A DNA stretch of 53,515 bases from a virus (Duplodnaviria > Heunggongvirae > Uroviricota > Caudoviricetes): positions 1-53,515 of the IMG/VR virus record IMGVR_UViG_3300036828_000767; one strand, given 5' to 3'. Shown piece by piece: positions 43,776 through 51,764 of the stretch (its first letter is position 1; each line of letters starts with the position of its first letter). Position numbers and translations under genes: made by a program. The notes beneath the pieces are model-generated. The model was not told the DNA's origin. It was given only the letters and a program-made list of their open reading frames with translations, and searched no databases.

Positions 43776-44199
43776 CCTGCCCACCTACGCGGTGACACTG
43801 TGGCAGCCGTGGGCCTGGGCGGTGATCTTCGGCGGGAAGGACATCGAAAACCGGACCAGGCGGATCAGCCCCTGCAACCTGCTCATCCACGCCGGACTGT
43901 CTTACGACGACGACGCCGTGGACATGATCCTGAAACTGACCGGGCGGAAGCGGCTGCCGGAACTGGCGACCCGCGGCGGGTTCATCATCGGACGGGTCAC
44001 CGTCACCGACGCAACATTCGGCACACGGGACACCAGGAGCCCGTGGGCGTTCAAAAAAACGTGGCACTGGCACCTGGAACGCCCCCAGCGTGCTGACCCC
44101 CCCATCGTCTGCCGGGGTTACCCGTCGCTATGGCGCCCCCCTGAGGACTGGGAGAGGTCATTCACCGGGAGGCCGACGAAGCGAAGGCACACATCATGA
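43768..44199 (+). CDS. ASCH-domain protein
   Basis: AVTLWQPWAWAVIFGGKDIENR...LLIHAG...GFIIGRVTVTD...PWAF...HWHLERP...CRGYPSLW. Confidence 0.88.
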   Translation: MTDLPTYAVTLWQPWAWAVIFGGKDIENRTRRISPCNLLIHAGLSYDDDAVDMILKLTGRKRLPELATRGGFIIGRVTVTDATFGTRDTRSPWAFKKTWHWHLERPQRADPPIVCRGYPSLWRPPEDWERSFTGRPTKRRHTS

Positions 44200-44426
44200 T
44201 TAGGCTCATCCACAACCTGACCCACCACCACACGTTCGGCAACAAGGACGGCGTAGGGGAGTTCCTCTCCTGCGGGTGGCGGTTCTTCCCGAACGTGCAT
44301 GTCCTGTACCGTCCCGATCTGGCGGACGCCGGGTGGCATGAGGTCGCAGACATCGACACTATGAGGAGGATGTTGGCCGCGGATGACGCGCTCGCGGCGA
44401 TGGCCATGCTGCGCGCCAGCCAGTGA
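44196..44426 (+). CDS. Hypothetical protein
   Basis: ATGA overlap, 76 aa. Confidence 0.55.
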   Translation: MIRLIHNLTHHHTFGNKDGVGEFLSCGWRFFPNVHVLYRPDLADAGWHEVADIDTMRRMLAADDALAAMAMLRASQ

Positions 44427-44671
44427 GGAGCAACCTGATGGGAACGATCTTCCGCTGTGGCAAGCACCACAAGGAAGCCTTCACCTCGAAACAGCGCGCA
44501 CTGGACCGCCTTGAAGAAGTACTAGCCGAAAAACGAATCGGAACCAGGAAGGCGCCTCACCGGGTGCATTACGACGACGGTTGCGGGTTCTGGCATTTGA
44601 CCAGTGAACACCGGCCCCGTTCAGATGTGGCCGCGGAGGAAAATCTCGCCAAGCAAAGAGGGAGGCTGTAA
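44423..44671 (+). CDS. Hypothetical small Cys/His protein
   Basis: RCGKHHKEAF...RVHYDDGCGFWHLTS pattern seen in small phage proteins. Confidence 0.6.
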   Translation: MRSNLMGTIFRCGKHHKEAFTSKQRALDRLEEVLAEKRIGTRKAPHRVHYDDGCGFWHLTSEHRPRSDVAAEENLAKQRGRL

Positions 44672-44875
44672 ATGTCGAAGAAGCCTGAGGTTGAGTACCT
44701 GACCCCCAGAGAGGTTGCCGCGATGTTCCGCGTGGACCCCAAGACGGTGACCCGGTGGGCGAAGGCTGGGAAGATCGGCTCGATCCGCACGCTGGGTGGC
44801 CACCGGCGGTACGCGGAATCTGAGGTGCGGGCTTTGCTTCAGCGGTACGAACCGCCGCAGAACCCCGAGCAATAG
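44672..44875 (+). CDS. bldC: BldC-like MerR-type winged-helix regulator
   Basis: LTPREVAAMFRVDPKTVTRWAKAGKIGSIRTLGGHRRYAESEVRALL, near-identical to recalled Streptomyces BldC; GGAGG RBS. Confidence 0.9.
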   Translation: MSKKPEVEYLTPREVAAMFRVDPKTVTRWAKAGKIGSIRTLGGHRRYAESEVRALLQRYEPPQNPEQ

Positions 44876-45082
44876 GTGGACATCTACGTTGCCGTAGCGG
44901 ACTATCCCTGCCAGGACCGGTACACACCCAGTGCCATCTTCGGAGCATTCAGCACCGAAGAAAGGGCTCGGGCGGCAGTGGAAGAAGACGCCGGACCGCT
45001 GGAATGGAAAGAAGATAGGGCCACCGACGCTGCCGGCGTTAACTTTACGGTGATGCTGGTCAGCCTGGATGAGGCTATTTGA
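44876..45082 (+). CDS. Hypothetical protein
   Basis: IYVAVAD...IFGAFSTEERARAAV, a common small phage protein pattern. Confidence 0.6.
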   Translation: MDIYVAVADYPCQDRYTPSAIFGAFSTEERARAAVEEDAGPLEWKEDRATDAAGVNFTVMLVSLDEAI

Positions 45083-46172
45083 CCGGCAGGTACTCGAACG
45101 ACCTGGTACCGAGTGAACGAGGGTCTAGGGCGCGGGCGGTCATACCGCCACGTTTTGGGCCAACACGTTTCCCGGTGCCGAGCTGACGCGATCTGACCGT
45201 GGAACGCCACCTTGGTGACGCGACAAAGTAATGCACCAGGCCGGGATGTGCGGTGACGAACCGGTACCGGTAGCCCCGGTCGGCGAGGTACTGGCCCTGC
45301 CACTCGCACAGGTGCTTGGCGATGCCCAGCCCCTGCCAGTCGGGCAGCACCACCACCCGGTGCGCCATCTGGATGTCCCGCACCTTCGGGTGGGGGAAAT
45401 GCCGGTAAGAGGAGAACGCGACAGGCCGGCCGTCGCAGTACACGCCGAAACATTTAGCCGTGGTATGGAGGGAGGCGCTCAGATAGTGATACCTAGCAAA
45501 CAGGGGCCAGATGGCGCGACTGCATTGGTGAATCTGGAGACTGATCGGCGGATGGGGTCTTTTAGACCTCCAGGCGAACTCGCCAAGCGGCATCTCAACC
45601 ACCCAATCGGGCTGAAGCCATTCGAGGACATCTTCGTGACAAGTTACCGCGATGAGCCTACGGTCTGTTTTACGGATCGCCTTTTGCAAGGCATGGGAAG
45701 CCACCCGCGCCACGTGCCTATCAACGACAGAACTGTATTCATCTATTACCGCAACGCCACCGGCAGGCGTTTCTGCGATGGCCCTTGCAACATCGGCCCG
45801 GAAGGCTTCACCGGTACTGAGCGTGGAGTAGGGCCGGACCCAGGCAGGCACGCTGCCCAGCCCCACGGCGGTCAGGAGCTTGACGGTCTCGCCTACGCCC
45901 ACCGGGAACCCGTCTATCAGCGCCTTATCCTCCGGCCAGTTGTACCGCTGAGTACATTGTGGCCATGCTTCTTCTGCAAGGAGACTCTTACCTGCCCCAG
46001 ATGGACCGGTGACAAGGCCGATATTCCACGGTTTTTCGTCGAGAGGCATCCTTACGTCAAGGTCAACTCGCAGTTTTTGGTCGAGTGGAATGTCCATGAG
46101 GCCCGCGACCTGCAACGCCCGAGGCGTCCGGGTTATTGTGTAGTCCTTACTAATTCTTATATGTGTTTCCAT
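45075..46172 (-). CDS. ABC-type ATPase fused to GNAT acetyltransferase
   Basis: GPSGAGKS, LSTGEAFR, AVIDEY, AVTCH; then YHYL...HRVVVLPDWQGLGIA (GNAT motif A). Confidence 0.88.
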   Translation of the reverse strand: METHIRISKDYTITRTPRALQVAGLMDIPLDQKLRVDLDVRMPLDEKPWNIGLVTGPSGAGKSLLAEEAWPQCTQRYNWPEDKALIDGFPVGVGETVKLLTAVGLGSVPAWVRPYSTLSTGEAFRADVARAIAETPAGGVAVIDEYSSVVDRHVARVASHALQKAIRKTDRRLIAVTCHEDVLEWLQPDWVVEMPLGEFAWRSKRPHPPISLQIHQCSRAIWPLFARYHYLSASLHTTAKCFGVYCDGRPVAFSSYRHFPHPKVRDIQMAHRVVVLPDWQGLGIAKHLCEWQGQYLADRGYRYRFVTAHPGLVHYFVASPRWRSTVRSRQLGTGKRVGPKRGGMTARALDPRSLGTRSFEYLPVK

Positions 46173-46690
46173 AGCCTTCCTTTGATGATGCTGCATACGG
46201 CACTACGGCTTATCCCAAATTCGGCAGCAAGGTTCTTCTGCTGTTCGCCTTCCTGGTGGCGCAGTCTGATTTGCCGTACGTCCTCAGCGGTCAGTTTGGC
46301 GTTGCCATGATTCTCACCCCTAGGCGAACGCTCTCCGTTACCGTCACGGATATCGCGATCCCAAGCATTTTCGGCCGCAGTGCCCCACCGCAGGTTTGGC
46401 AAAGAATTGTCGAATGGCCCAGCAGGGCCGTGCAGGGCCATAGCCCCGGGAGGTGGCGGGCCAGCGAAGGCTTCAAGAACCAGTCGTGCGACCGAGTAAA
46501 ACCTTTCTTCCTGAACGCCATCTTCGAACCGGCAGAGCCTCACCCGGATGTACCGCTCCTTGACACCACCTAGAAGCCGTCCGCCGCGCATGCCGTAATG
46601 GTGACGCCGGGGAAGACTTCGGACCCTGCCCAGATCGGAGACCTCGTAAAGATGCACCCAGCCTGGCACTGGCCGCCAACATTCCGTCAT
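46157..46690 (-). CDS. NUMOD4-HNH homing endonuclease
   Basis: WRPVPGWVHLYEVSDLGRVRS; VARLVLEAFAGP...ALHGPAGPFDNSLPNLRWGTAAEN; C-terminal HTH. Confidence 0.9.
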   Translation of the reverse strand: MTECWRPVPGWVHLYEVSDLGRVRSLPRRHHYGMRGGRLLGGVKERYIRVRLCRFEDGVQEERFYSVARLVLEAFAGPPPPGAMALHGPAGPFDNSLPNLRWGTAAENAWDRDIRDGNGERSPRGENHGNAKLTAEDVRQIRLRHQEGEQQKNLAAEFGISRSAVCSIIKGRLWKHI

Positions 46691-46714
46691 AGAGTTAACG
46701 TACCACGGGGCACG

Positions 46715-47254
46715 TCAAGTCATAAGTGCACGAACGGACAGCCCCTGGGTGGACAGCGTTTCGAGGAGGCGAAGCTGCTCATCCTCCGAGCCGCATTCAA
46801 CAATTACACCCCAGCGCATTCCGGCTTCCTCACCGTCACCGAGTTCGTCGGGGAGGGGCGGGTCGATCATCCGATCGACTTCCACTGCCGTGAACCCAGT
46901 GCCCTCGTAGTCGCCGTCGAGGTAGGAGAGGAGTTCAACGAGGGCATCCTTGTCGTCAGTCGCCAGATCGCTGATCCGGTTGTCGGCGATGTTGATACGA
47001 GCGGCCTCGTCGTCGCTGCATTTGAGGAGGGCACAGTCGCCTTCGGTGAAACCTTCAGCTTCCATGGCGTCGGCGGTGCCGTTGCCAGCAAGTATCACCA
47101 TCGAGTCGTCGTCCAGTACGCGGACAACAAGTGGACGGTACTGCCCGAGCCGTTTCACCGAAGCCCTGATCTGGTCGTCCGCATGGATGCGGGCGTTGCC
47201 GGGGAACCGGGCGAGGTCTGACAGATGAAGTCGCTGCTCTCCAAGGCGTTCCAT
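46715..47254 (-). CDS. ParB/Srx N-terminal nuclease-like domain protein
   Basis: LARFPGNARIH...IRASVKRLGQYRPLVV...ILAGNGTADA...INIADNR; TAGACT-N6-ATG. Confidence 0.88.
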   Translation of the reverse strand: MERLGEQRLHLSDLARFPGNARIHADDQIRASVKRLGQYRPLVVRVLDDDSMVILAGNGTADAMEAEGFTEGDCALLKCSDDEAARINIADNRISDLATDDKDALVELLSYLDGDYEGTGFTAVEVDRMIDPPLPDELGDGEEAGMRWGVIVECGSEDEQLRLLETLSTQGLSVRALMT

Positions 47255-47287
47255 GCCTGGAGTCTACAAAGGAAGAAGGGCCGTCGT

Positions 47288-47650
47288 ATGAATCATTCGC
47301 TTGACGTGAACGAGCGAGTCATGGTCGAGGCACGCGGTGCTCTAGCGACCCTGGAAGCCTGGAATGAGCCCATCGCCAAATACCTGTACGCCGCAGGCAT
47401 CAGGGGGGAGCGTAAGTCCGCCTACTTCTGTCCGATAACCAACTTCCTGGTCACGGTGGTGAAGGCACGCGGAGTGCCAATTCGGGAGAACATACTGGCC
47501 GTGGGACAGACAACCATGAGTATCCACGACCCGGCCGCACCGACGCAGTCGCTGATCCTGGCAGTTCGCGTCGGGAAGTTCATCGCTGACTTCGATGCAG
47601 GGCTATACCCGGAACTGGAAACCAATGCCTACAACAGCGTGGTAGTGTAG
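47288..47650 (+). CDS. Hypothetical protein
   Basis: GIRGERKSAYFCPI...FIADFDAGLYPEL pattern; divergent from the ParB-like gene. Confidence 0.65.
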   Translation: MNHSLDVNERVMVEARGALATLEAWNEPIAKYLYAAGIRGERKSAYFCPITNFLVTVVKARGVPIRENILAVGQTTMSIHDPAAPTQSLILAVRVGKFIADFDAGLYPELETNAYNSVVV

Positions 47651-47655
47651 GTTAA

Positions 47656-47817
47656 ATGTGTCCCTGCCATGACCCCCGCGTGTTCGGCCACCGGTGCAAG
47701 CACGAGCCCTGTGGCGACGTCTACGCGCCCACCGCGATGGCCGACCTTGACCCCGAACTGACCGCCATCCTCACCGCACTGAGCACGCTCGGCAACAAGA
47801 TCGGGGCCGCGGCATGA
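47656..47817 (+). CDS. Small Cys/His-containing protein (53 aa)
   Basis: MCPCHDPRVFGHRCKHEPC...; ATGA overlap with next gene. Confidence 0.45.
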   Translation: MCPCHDPRVFGHRCKHEPCGDVYAPTAMADLDPELTAILTALSTLGNKIGAAA

Positions 47818-48182
47818 AGAAGTGGTGGCTACTCTGCGCCGCCCTGGCGCTCGCCGGCATTGCTCTCTGGTGGGACAACGGCCTGCAAGGCTGGTTCGCC
47901 ATCCAGACCGGCACCAGATGCGGCACCACTGGCCCGCAGTATTGCTACTGGTCGGGGTTTGGCAGCGTCTGGCCGTGGTCGGTGTTCGTCCTCGCCCCGC
48001 TGATTACCGGCGGCATCCTTCTTTGGCGGCACCACACCTGCGCGCATTCCTGGTGGTGCTGGCGGCGGCCCGACCACCAGGTCGGTGACACCACGCACTT
48101 CATCTGCGCCCACCACCACCCAGACATCACACCCACCACCGCCAAGGAGGCGGTGGCTAAACTGAACGGAGATAGCCCATGA
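47814..48182 (+). CDS. Membrane protein with C-terminal Cys/His cluster
   Basis: Two hydrophobic segments; HHTCAHSWWCWR...HFICAHHHP. Confidence 0.7.
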   Translation: MKKWWLLCAALALAGIALWWDNGLQGWFAIQTGTRCGTTGPQYCYWSGFGSVWPWSVFVLAPLITGGILLWRHHTCAHSWWCWRRPDHQVGDTTHFICAHHHPDITPTTAKEAVAKLNGDSP

Positions 48183-48310
48183 TTCCGACTGCCCGCCCTC
48201 CGAACGTTCCCGTCTCCTGGTATCGGCGGGCGCTTGAACTCGCCACGAATTTGGGCTCATCGAGCGCGTGGCGAGAGCGTGGCGAAGAAATCTTGCGAGG
48301 CGAGTTGTGA
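48179..48310 (+). CDS. Small hypothetical protein (43 aa)
   Basis: ATGA/GTGA overlaps at both ends. Confidence 0.45.
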   Translation: MIPTARPPNVPVSWYRRALELATNLGSSSAWRERGEEILRGEL

Positions 48311-48447
48311 CCTTCTTGGACAAGCTCACTTCCGCCGAGGTGATGATCCTGTGCGTTCTGGTTGTGGTCGCCGGTGCGGCGGTGCTGATTTCCTTCGCTG
48401 AAGCCTACGGCAAGCGGGGTGGGAAGCGAGGCGGTTCGGATGGGTGA
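48307..48447 (+). CDS. Small single-pass membrane protein (46 aa)
   Basis: VMILCVLVVVAGAAVLISFA then a basic tail. Confidence 0.55.
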   Translation: MTFLDKLTSAEVMILCVLVVVAGAAVLISFAEAYGKRGGKRGGSDG

Positions 48448-48637
48448 CAGGCTCTTCGGCGGCGATGGGAGCCGGTACCAGAATTGGGCTGGCCGTCCGG
48501 CGCACTGGTGGAACATCAGCTACGACACGCATAGCCGGGCGCAGCGAGCGGTGCGGGATGTGTTCCGGCTGTTGTACGTGGTGATGATTGTCGCCTTTTT
48601 CGTGGCCTTCGTCTTCGGCGTGCTGAAGCCTCATTAG
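48440..48637 (+). CDS. Small tail-anchored membrane protein (65 aa)
   Basis: LLYVVMIVAFFVAFVFGVL C-terminal TM segment. Confidence 0.6.
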   Translation: MGDRLFGGDGSRYQNWAGRPAHWWNISYDTHSRAQRAVRDVFRLLYVVMIVAFFVAFVFGVLKPH

Positions 48638-48646
48638 GCTGTCGAT

Positions 48647-48675
48647 TTGACAGGACCATACGTCGTATGTACAAT
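48647..48675 (+). promoter_or_regulatory. Consensus sigma70/HrdB-type leaderless promoter
   Basis: TTGACA (48647-52)-N17-TACAAT (48670-75)-N6-ATG (48682). Confidence 0.85.
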
Positions 48676-48681
48676 GTAGGT

Positions 48682-48930
48682 ATGACTACCAAACAGGTCA
48701 ACCTGACCGCCAAGCCCCGTACCGCCCTCCGCAAGGTCACCGTGAACTTCACCGGCCGCGCCTGGGACTCCATCCGCCGCTCCGCCAGCGTGTTCGAGCT
48801 GACGCAAACCGAAACCATCAACAAGGCCGCCGCGCTCATCGGCGAGGCCGCCAACGCGACGGCCAACGGCGGCGCCGTGTACATCAGGCACCACGAAGGT
48901 GACAAGCTGGAGCGCGTGACGTTCCTCTAA
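48682..48930 (+). CDS. Ribbon-helix-helix-like DNA-binding protein
   Basis: RKVTVNFTGRAWDSIRRSASVFELTQTETINKA...GGAVYIR...LERVTFL. Confidence 0.7.
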   Translation: MTTKQVNLTAKPRTALRKVTVNFTGRAWDSIRRSASVFELTQTETINKAAALIGEAANATANGGAVYIRHHEGDKLERVTFL

Positions 48931-49004
48931 ACCTCTGGCCCGGCGGTTGCACAGACTTCCAGCGTTGCCTCCGCCGGGCCAGACCCATCGTCGAGGGTCA
49001 CCGA

Positions 49005-49172
49005 ATGGAAAGCAAAGAACTAGCCGCGCTGCTGCTGGTGGTTTTCGTTGGCGTGTCCGCGCTGATGGTGGCGGGGAGCCTGACCTTGCGGCAATACTTC
49101 CTGACGCAAGGCGCGCAGCAGGTTCAGCACTCGCTGCGGCACCTATGCCAGGCCAACGCCAAATTCTGCTAG
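49005..49172 (+). CDS. Small single-pass membrane protein (55 aa)
   Basis: LAALLLVVFVGVSALMVAGSL; GAGGG RBS. Confidence 0.55.
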   Translation: MESKELAALLLVVFVGVSALMVAGSLTLRQYFLTQGAQQVQHSLRHLCQANAKFC

Positions 49173-49180
49173 GGGCAACG

Positions 49181-49678
49181 ATGGTTAAGGACCACAAAGG
49201 TCAGGCGTCACCGCGGTGGGCGTTCATGAACGGCTTCCAGGTGCGGAAGGCGGACAGCCCGTACCTGGACCGGCTGCGACTCGTCCAGACGCCACTGTTC
49301 GGCGTCTTCCTGCACCGCATCCACCTGCCCGACCTGGACCATGACCCGCACGACCACCCGTGGGCGTTCTGGTCGCTGATCCTGTCCGGCGGTTACGTCG
49401 AACAGGTGTGGGCGGGGAAGAACCCCGGCTGGCGGCACGACGTGCATTCGCTGAGGTTTCACCGGCGCCGCGGCTCCCTGCATAAGATGCCAGTGAACCG
49501 GGCACACAAGATCACCGAGGTCGAAGGTGAACTATGGACTCTCGTCATCACCGGGAGGCGCTGCCGTAACTGGGGTTTCTGGACCATGGACGGGCCGGTT
49601 CCCTGGCGGGACTACCTGGGAGATGATGTGAGCGAGTACAGCGCCCTGTGGGAATCCCCTGCGGAGCGCCCGCACTAA
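49181..49678 (+). CDS. Cupin-fold protein (HDHPW family)
   Basis: YLDRLRL...VFLHRI...DPHDHPW.FWSLILSGGYVE...AHKI...WTLVITG....WGF. Confidence 0.75.
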   Translation: MVKDHKGQASPRWAFMNGFQVRKADSPYLDRLRLVQTPLFGVFLHRIHLPDLDHDPHDHPWAFWSLILSGGYVEQVWAGKNPGWRHDVHSLRFHRRRGSLHKMPVNRAHKITEVEGELWTLVITGRRCRNWGFWTMDGPVPWRDYLGDDVSEYSALWESPAERPH

Positions 49679-49693
49679 GGAAGGGCTCTCACC

Positions 49694-49783
49694 ATGCTGC
49701 TTCTGGTTATCCACCACGTCATGCAAGCGATGCAGCACCTGCACGGCCTCGTTGTGGGGCCGGACATGTACCACCACGCCTGA
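49694..49783 (+). CDS. His-rich micropeptide (29 aa)
   Basis: AAGGAAGG RBS; MLLLVIHHVMQAMQHLHGLVVGPDMYHHA; stop abuts next RBS; not in ORF track. Confidence 0.5.
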   Translation: MLLLVIHHVMQAMQHLHGLVVGPDMYHHA

Positions 49784-49792
49784 GGAGGCTAA

Positions 49793-49924
49793 ATGAACAA
49801 GGACAAAGGCAACTCTTTCAGTAACGGTCTCCGTGCGGGCGACATCGACGCATCGCAGACGCTGCCGGTCGTGCATCCTCCCGAGCACTGCACGTGCATC
49901 TGGTGCCTGGACGGCCACAAGTAA
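49793..49924 (+). CDS. Small protein with HCxCxxC motif (43 aa)
   Basis: GGAGG RBS; HPPEHCTCIWCLDGHK. Confidence 0.55.
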   Translation: MNKDKGNSFSNGLRAGDIDASQTLPVVHPPEHCTCIWCLDGHK

Positions 49925-49934
49925 ATCCACCGAC

Positions 49935-49977
49935 GCGAGACCCCGGCCTGTTTCGCCCCCAGCGGCCGGGGTCTCGC
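49935..49977 (+). terminator. Hairpin terminator
   Basis: GCGAGACCCCGGCC/GGCCGGGGTCTCGC 14-bp perfect stem. Confidence 0.75.
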
Positions 49978-49997
49978 CTAAGGCGTAATATCGGGTC

Positions 49998-50192
49998 ATG
50001 GCCAAGCAAAACGCGTTCTCGGGTGGCACCGCTGAGGTGCAGTACCAGCAGGCGGTCACGAGCGGGTTCGTGCGGGTAGGCAGCCAGGAAGTGTTCGTGA
50101 AAGCCGGTGAAACCACCGTTGGCACGAACAGTCCGCTGTACCAGGCCGCACCGCAGTTGTTCGTGCCGTTCCAGGTCACTACCTGGCCCTAA
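49998..50192 (+). CDS. Paralog of small head-module protein 22667-22942
   Basis: YQQAVTSGFVRVGSQEVFVKAGETTVGTNSPLYQAAPQLFVP; TAATAT-N6-ATG. Confidence 0.7.
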   Translation: MAKQNAFSGGTAEVQYQQAVTSGFVRVGSQEVFVKAGETTVGTNSPLYQAAPQLFVPFQVTTWP

Positions 50193-50196
50193 AAGG

Positions 50197-50209
50197 GGTG
50201 GTATACTAG
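50197..50209 (+). promoter_or_regulatory. 13-bp extended -10 element GGTGGTATACTAG (copy 1)
   Basis: Identical copy at 52612-52624, related TGTGGTATACTTG at 42862-42874; ATG 6 nt after TATACT. Confidence 0.75.
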
Positions 50210-50213
50210 GTGG

Positions 50214-50426
50214 ATGACCACCACGACACCGTCCAAACCCGTACCTGAACTAGTCGCGCAAGACGCCGTCGGGGGAGTATTCGGCTTGTGTGCCTTCGTT
50301 GCAGGGTTCGCGTTCCACTGGCCGCTGCTGCTAACCGCAATCGAAGGCGTCGCCGTCGGCCTGGTCGCCTGGTACGGCATGGGCCTGTTTTACAGTTACG
50401 CACGCCGAAGGGGGTTCGATGTCTAA
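50214..50426 (+). CDS. Two-TM membrane protein
   Basis: VGGVFGLCAFVAGFAFHW...VAVGLVAWYGMGLFY. Confidence 0.65.
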   Translation: MTTTTPSKPVPELVAQDAVGGVFGLCAFVAGFAFHWPLLLTAIEGVAVGLVAWYGMGLFYSYARRRGFDV

Positions 50427-50559
50427 GATTCTAACCGAGAAGGCCGAGGGTGCTCATGTACCCGACTGCGGCTCCTGCGGCGGGAAGGTGACCGGCGGTT
50501 CCTGCCCTCGGTGCGGCGCGGACTTCATCGGCCAGAAGAACCTCAAAAATGAGCCGTAG
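50419..50559 (+). CDS. Zn-ribbon microprotein (46 aa)
   Basis: CGSC...CPRC; overlaps both neighbours. Confidence 0.6.
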   Translation: MSKILTEKAEGAHVPDCGSCGGKVTGGSCPRCGADFIGQKNLKNEP

Positions 50560-50749
50560 CGACGACATCCTCGCCGTGCTTGCCGAGAGACCACGTGACT
50601 CGCGGGAAATCGCCCTCGCGCTGGGCCTCGGTGGTTCTCGTGCCGCCGCGTCGAACATACTCGGGACGCTCCGGCGCATGAAAGCCAGGAACCTGGTGCA
50701 GCGCGGGCAGAAAACCGAATATGGCACCTGGATTTGGGAGCCAAAATGA
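50549..50749 (+). CDS. Winged-helix DNA-binding protein
   Basis: ILAVLAERPRDSREIALALG...ILGTLRRMKARNLVQR...WIW. Confidence 0.7.
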   Translation: MSRSDDILAVLAERPRDSREIALALGLGGSRAAASNILGTLRRMKARNLVQRGQKTEYGTWIWEPK

Positions 50750-50907
50750 AAATCAAGGACCTTGATCCTGATGTCAGGGAAACTATCCGTCTCCTGATCG
50801 CCTTGGTTTGGGAACTGCATCTTTACCCGGGGCCGTTGGTCCCCGAAGCCCTGGAAAGGTTCCGCTATCTAGCCGACACGTTCGGCGTACCCCTGGAGGA
50901 AGAATGA
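50746..50907 (+). CDS. Small hypothetical protein (53 aa)
   Basis: ATGA overlaps at both ends. Confidence 0.5.
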   Translation: MKIKDLDPDVRETIRLLIALVWELHLYPGPLVPEALERFRYLADTFGVPLEEE

Positions 50908-51587
50908 CGAAGAAGGCTAAGGCAAAGCGCGTCCTGCACCTTTTCATCCTGGACCGGACCGGTTCGATGGGTGACCCGGCCGACCCCGGGTCGAAACTAA
51001 CTAAGGCCGAGGTGGCGACCACCGGCATCGCCGGGTATGTCGAGGCGCAGAAAGGAGACGGCGTCCTGTTCACCGCCTACGAGTTCGACACCTACGGCAC
51101 CGATAAGATCGCCGACAGGGCCTCGTGGTTCAACTGGACGTGCGTTCCCCGTAACGGCACCCCTCTCCTCGACGCCGTCGGCACCGTCCTCCAAACCGAA
51201 GCCCCGGCGATCGACGCGCTACCCAAGGCTGAGAAGCCGGACCGGGTGTTCGTGGTCATCGCCACCGACGGCCAGGAGAACGCTTCCAGGGAGTGGAGCA
51301 AGCAGGCCGTTGGGAAGCTCATCGCAGACCGCACCAAGGCCGGGTGGGACGTCGTGTTCATCGGCGCGAACTTCGACGCCTTCTCCGAAGCAGGCGGCAT
51401 CGGTGTCCGTCGCGGCTCCACCATGTCCACCAACACGGCGAACAAGGGCGCGTACGCGGCGTCGTTCGCGGCGACTAGTTCCGCGGTGACCCGCGCCGCC
51501 GCGGGCGGGCAGTCGGTGTCTTACACGCCTGCTGAGCGGACCTGGGCCGAACAAGGCGACGAGGCGGAGACCAAGACGGAGAAGTAG
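50904..51587 (+). CDS. von Willebrand factor A domain protein
   Basis: FILDRTGSM (MIDAS variant), GTPLLDAVG, VVIATDGQENASRE, VVFIGAN. Confidence 0.88.
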   Translation: MTKKAKAKRVLHLFILDRTGSMGDPADPGSKLTKAEVATTGIAGYVEAQKGDGVLFTAYEFDTYGTDKIADRASWFNWTCVPRNGTPLLDAVGTVLQTEAPAIDALPKAEKPDRVFVVIATDGQENASREWSKQAVGKLIADRTKAGWDVVFIGANFDAFSEAGGIGVRRGSTMSTNTANKGAYAASFAATSSAVTRAAAGGQSVSYTPAERTWAEQGDEAETKTEK

Positions 51588-51596
51588 CATTTGGGC

Positions 51597-51764
51597 ATGA
51601 CCGTTCTTCTGGCTGACGGCACCACGCGCACCGTCAACGGCGACGAGTTCTCCATCGACGAGCAGGGCAACATGGTGGTCACTTCCAGTGGCCAGTCTGT
51701 TGCCGGGTTCGCCGTGGGGCGCTGGGCCGCTGTTTATCTCACCAACCAGGTGTCCACGCCGTGA
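51597..51764 (+). CDS. Small beta-rich protein (55 aa)
   Basis: MTVLLADGTTRTVNGDEFSIDEQGNMVV...; TAGCAT-N6-ATG. Confidence 0.55.
   Translation: MTVLLADGTTRTVNGDEFSIDEQGNMVVTSSGQSVAGFAVGRWAAVYLTNQVSTP

Noticed and set aside
48947-49180. N-terminal extension of the cupin ORF
   Set aside because: Overlaps a better 55-aa TM ORF in another frame; cupin start placed at 49181.
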